A DNA stretch of 64,000 bases from Eledone cirrhosa. Lineage: Eukaryota. Position numbers and translations under genes: made by a program. The notes under the pieces were generated by a model that was given only the letters and a program-made list of their open reading frames with translations, did no database searches and was not told where the DNA came from. Shown here one piece after another: positions 61,296-64,000 of this stretch. Numbering within the stretch: position 1 is the stretch's first letter; every line of letters begins with the position of its first letter. The DNA lies in contig OZ024749.1 of the NCBI GenBank assembly GCA_964016885.1, positions 46,500,001 to 46,564,000 of the forward strand, written 5' to 3'.

Positions 61296-61783
61296 AGTTT
61301 TATGTAGGGTACATTAATTTTTTCTGATGATTGATGAATGGTAAAATATGATACGATCTCTCAATAAGTTGAGCAGTAAAGTAATTACGACACGTACTGA
61401 TGTACAGCGACAGAAAAAAGGTACACACATATTACGACCCCGGCTTACACATCTATGATTATGTTGTAGGACCACTGTCAGTTTCGATGTTGTGCGTTCT
61501 AGATTTTTCATCAAAGGAACAGACTGCTCGTGAGAATAACGGTATTTAGATTGAGCATTCCGTAGACAGCTACAACGTTAGATCCCTTGTGACACAATAT
61601 CTAACAATCCTATTGCATCTACCAGCAGTATTAACTGCATTAATTTCAAATAGGTCTTCTTCCTCGCACTGACGTAAATTGAACTACCTCAGGTTTGTGA
61701 ACCAAATACATCGAATTCTAAGCCATGTACATTCAATATATCGATTCATACCACATGTTACTCTGTTTGTATATATACATATA

Positions 61784-61883
<100 letters not shown>

Positions 61884-61957
61884 ATATCTATATCTATATC
61901 TATATCTATATATCTCTATATATATATATATATCTCTATATATATATATACATATAT

Positions 61958-62170
61958 AGGCATACTTACTTATTGCGTCCTCTAGAAATACCGTGACTAA
62001 AGTATACATATATACATAAACCATTCCCATCTTAAACTTGTGTATATATATATGTATATATATATATACATATACATACAAAAGTTTAAGATAGGAATGT
62101 TTTATGTATATAGTCACGGTAATTGTTTTGCGTTCGGTATTTGGATAGGACGCAATAAGTAATTATGCCT
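61958..62170. repeat. Imperfect inverted repeat around a TA core
   Basis: Paired blocks aggcata.ttacttattgcgtcct, taccgtgacta and tatacataaa.cattcc.atcttaaactt each have reverse complements on the right. Confidence 0.7.
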
Positions 62171-62891
62171 TTTGATATTGGTCGAGAGTGCTGAATTCTT
62201 CCGTTAGTATATATTCAATTGAGCATTGCTACACAATGGGTTACTCCAAATATTTCGTTTAAATACACTAGCTCCCCACATTCTTCTTAATCAGGATCTG
62301 ATTAGAGAATCTAGAACGATAATCATTTATACTCGGATATAAGGCAGGAAAAGTAATTATAATGCCTAGTGGAATACTAAAAAAAAAAAACACAACACAA
62401 ACAATACGTAGCGTTGAAATAGCAATTGAGATAAATAAAAATGCGATGAAAGTACTTTTATGGAAACGATAAAATCGTTAACAGAAAAATAAAAATAAAA
62501 ATATATATATTTGTAAGGAAATCTAGATGATAAAAAACATTAACAAAAAGTGAACGAGTCGAATGTAAATATCAAACTAATTACGATTCATATCGATAGC
62601 ATCACGTTGCCACTTTTTATTTATTTATTTATTTATACACAAACATCTATAATACTATGGATTATGGAGAATGAAAATAGGTGCCGTAATGTTTAATGCC
62701 ATTCTCAAAACCATTATTGGCATAATTGAAATTGCAAGAATACGGAACTTTATGAAAACAGGTTCCGAGTTTCGACTCGCTCGGATATAAAAAGCGATGG
62801 TGCGTGTCTTTGTTGTCATAGATTTTATTTCCAAACATGATGCTGCTTTCTGATTTTCTATTTCGAGGGGTGAAGAAAAAGCATAATTCTC

Positions 62892-63186
<295 letters not shown>

Positions 63187-63203
63187 TATTCACGTATTGA
63201 CGT

Positions 63204-63234
<31 letters not shown>

Positions 63235-63251
63235 GAAAAATGTATTATACG

Positions 63252-63310
<59 letters not shown>

Positions 63311-63312
<2 letters not shown>

Positions 63313-63490
63313 GAAAATGTATGACCCCGACGGCAGAGCTCAAGCCGTTTCGACGGCTATTTCAGTCCAGAAATAGTCATCGAAACGGCTTGAGCTCTAC
63401 CGTCGGGGTCAGTTTTCCTATTACGCACTCTACTACCCTAAGTACTCTGGTGCGTTATCGTCCATCTGGTTCCTTACCACAACTCCTTCG

Positions 63491-63491
<1 letters not shown>
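63311..63491. mobile_element. Fold-back mini-element family F with a hammerhead 3' half, in (TA)n
   Basis: Arms 63311-63363 and 63370-63419; GAAA-cgg[cttgagctcta]ccg-TC; unique tail 63420-63491. Confidence 0.68.
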
Positions 63492-63528
<37 letters not shown>

Positions 63529-63600
63529 CGGCGATGAATTAGTTTTGCGAGGTTTTTTATATGAAATCGTGTGTCGAAACAAATATTGTTATACTTGGCT

Positions 63601-64000
63601 AGACATAAGATAGGGAAAGCCACCTCATGGTACGACAACCAGAGATACCAAAGTGTCATGTTTGTGGACGCTACCCCTGGAGGGAAATTAGCTAACCAGT
63701 GTAGAAAGGGCCTGAGAAAGACCCACTTAAAGATTAAGGTGGTAGAATAACCAGGACCCACCATAAAATCCCTGATCAGCAAAACCTACCCTTTTAAGAA
63801 AACCCACTGTAGTAAGAGGAAATGTATCATATGTAAGGTAAACCCCCGGATAAACTGTAAAGCTAGAAACGTAGTCTATAGCATGATATGTACAGAGGGT
63901 ACTTGCAGAAACATGACAACAACATACATAGGCGAGACAGATCGTAGCATAGGTGAAAGGATAGATCAACACTGGGGGGAACTAAAAGGACGAAAAAACT
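63601..64000 (+). pseudogene. Penelope-like element fragment (linker + GIY-YIG), runs off the window end
   Basis: Frame from 63601: SVMFVDATPGGKLA...KVVE*PG...PFKKTHCSKRKCIICKVNPRINCKARNVVYSMICTEGTC...YIGETDRSIGERIDQH, with one stop at 63748-63750. Missing from the ORF track. Confidence 0.8.

Overview
Eukaryotic, very AT-rich, microsatellite-saturated DNA with one 200-N assembly gap. The repeat content suggests a coleoid cephalopod such as Octopus, but this is inference. No intact host gene is recognisable, and almost all ORFs in the supplied track are translations of simple repeats. Real coding content is retrotransposon-derived: a near-intact ~6.0 kb Tx1/L1-clade LINE (18734-24765, minus) inside an (AAT)n array, together with an R4/Dong-type restriction-like endonuclease fragment and two Tx1-like 3' stubs; a 5'-truncated CR1-group LINE inside a (TA)n array; and two degenerate Penelope-like GIY-YIG fragments. 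About a dozen tRNA-derived SINE copies are also present. The most interesting signal is about 14 small fold-back (inverted-repeat) elements, most embedded in (TA)n tracts. Four unrelated families of them carry type I hammerhead ribozyme folds (helix I-CUGANGA-helix II-GAAA-helix III-UH-helix I) and a fifth carries a half-fold; some have the motif on both strands. They look like miniature Penelope-derived, ribozyme-bearing hairpin elements that target TA microsatellites.
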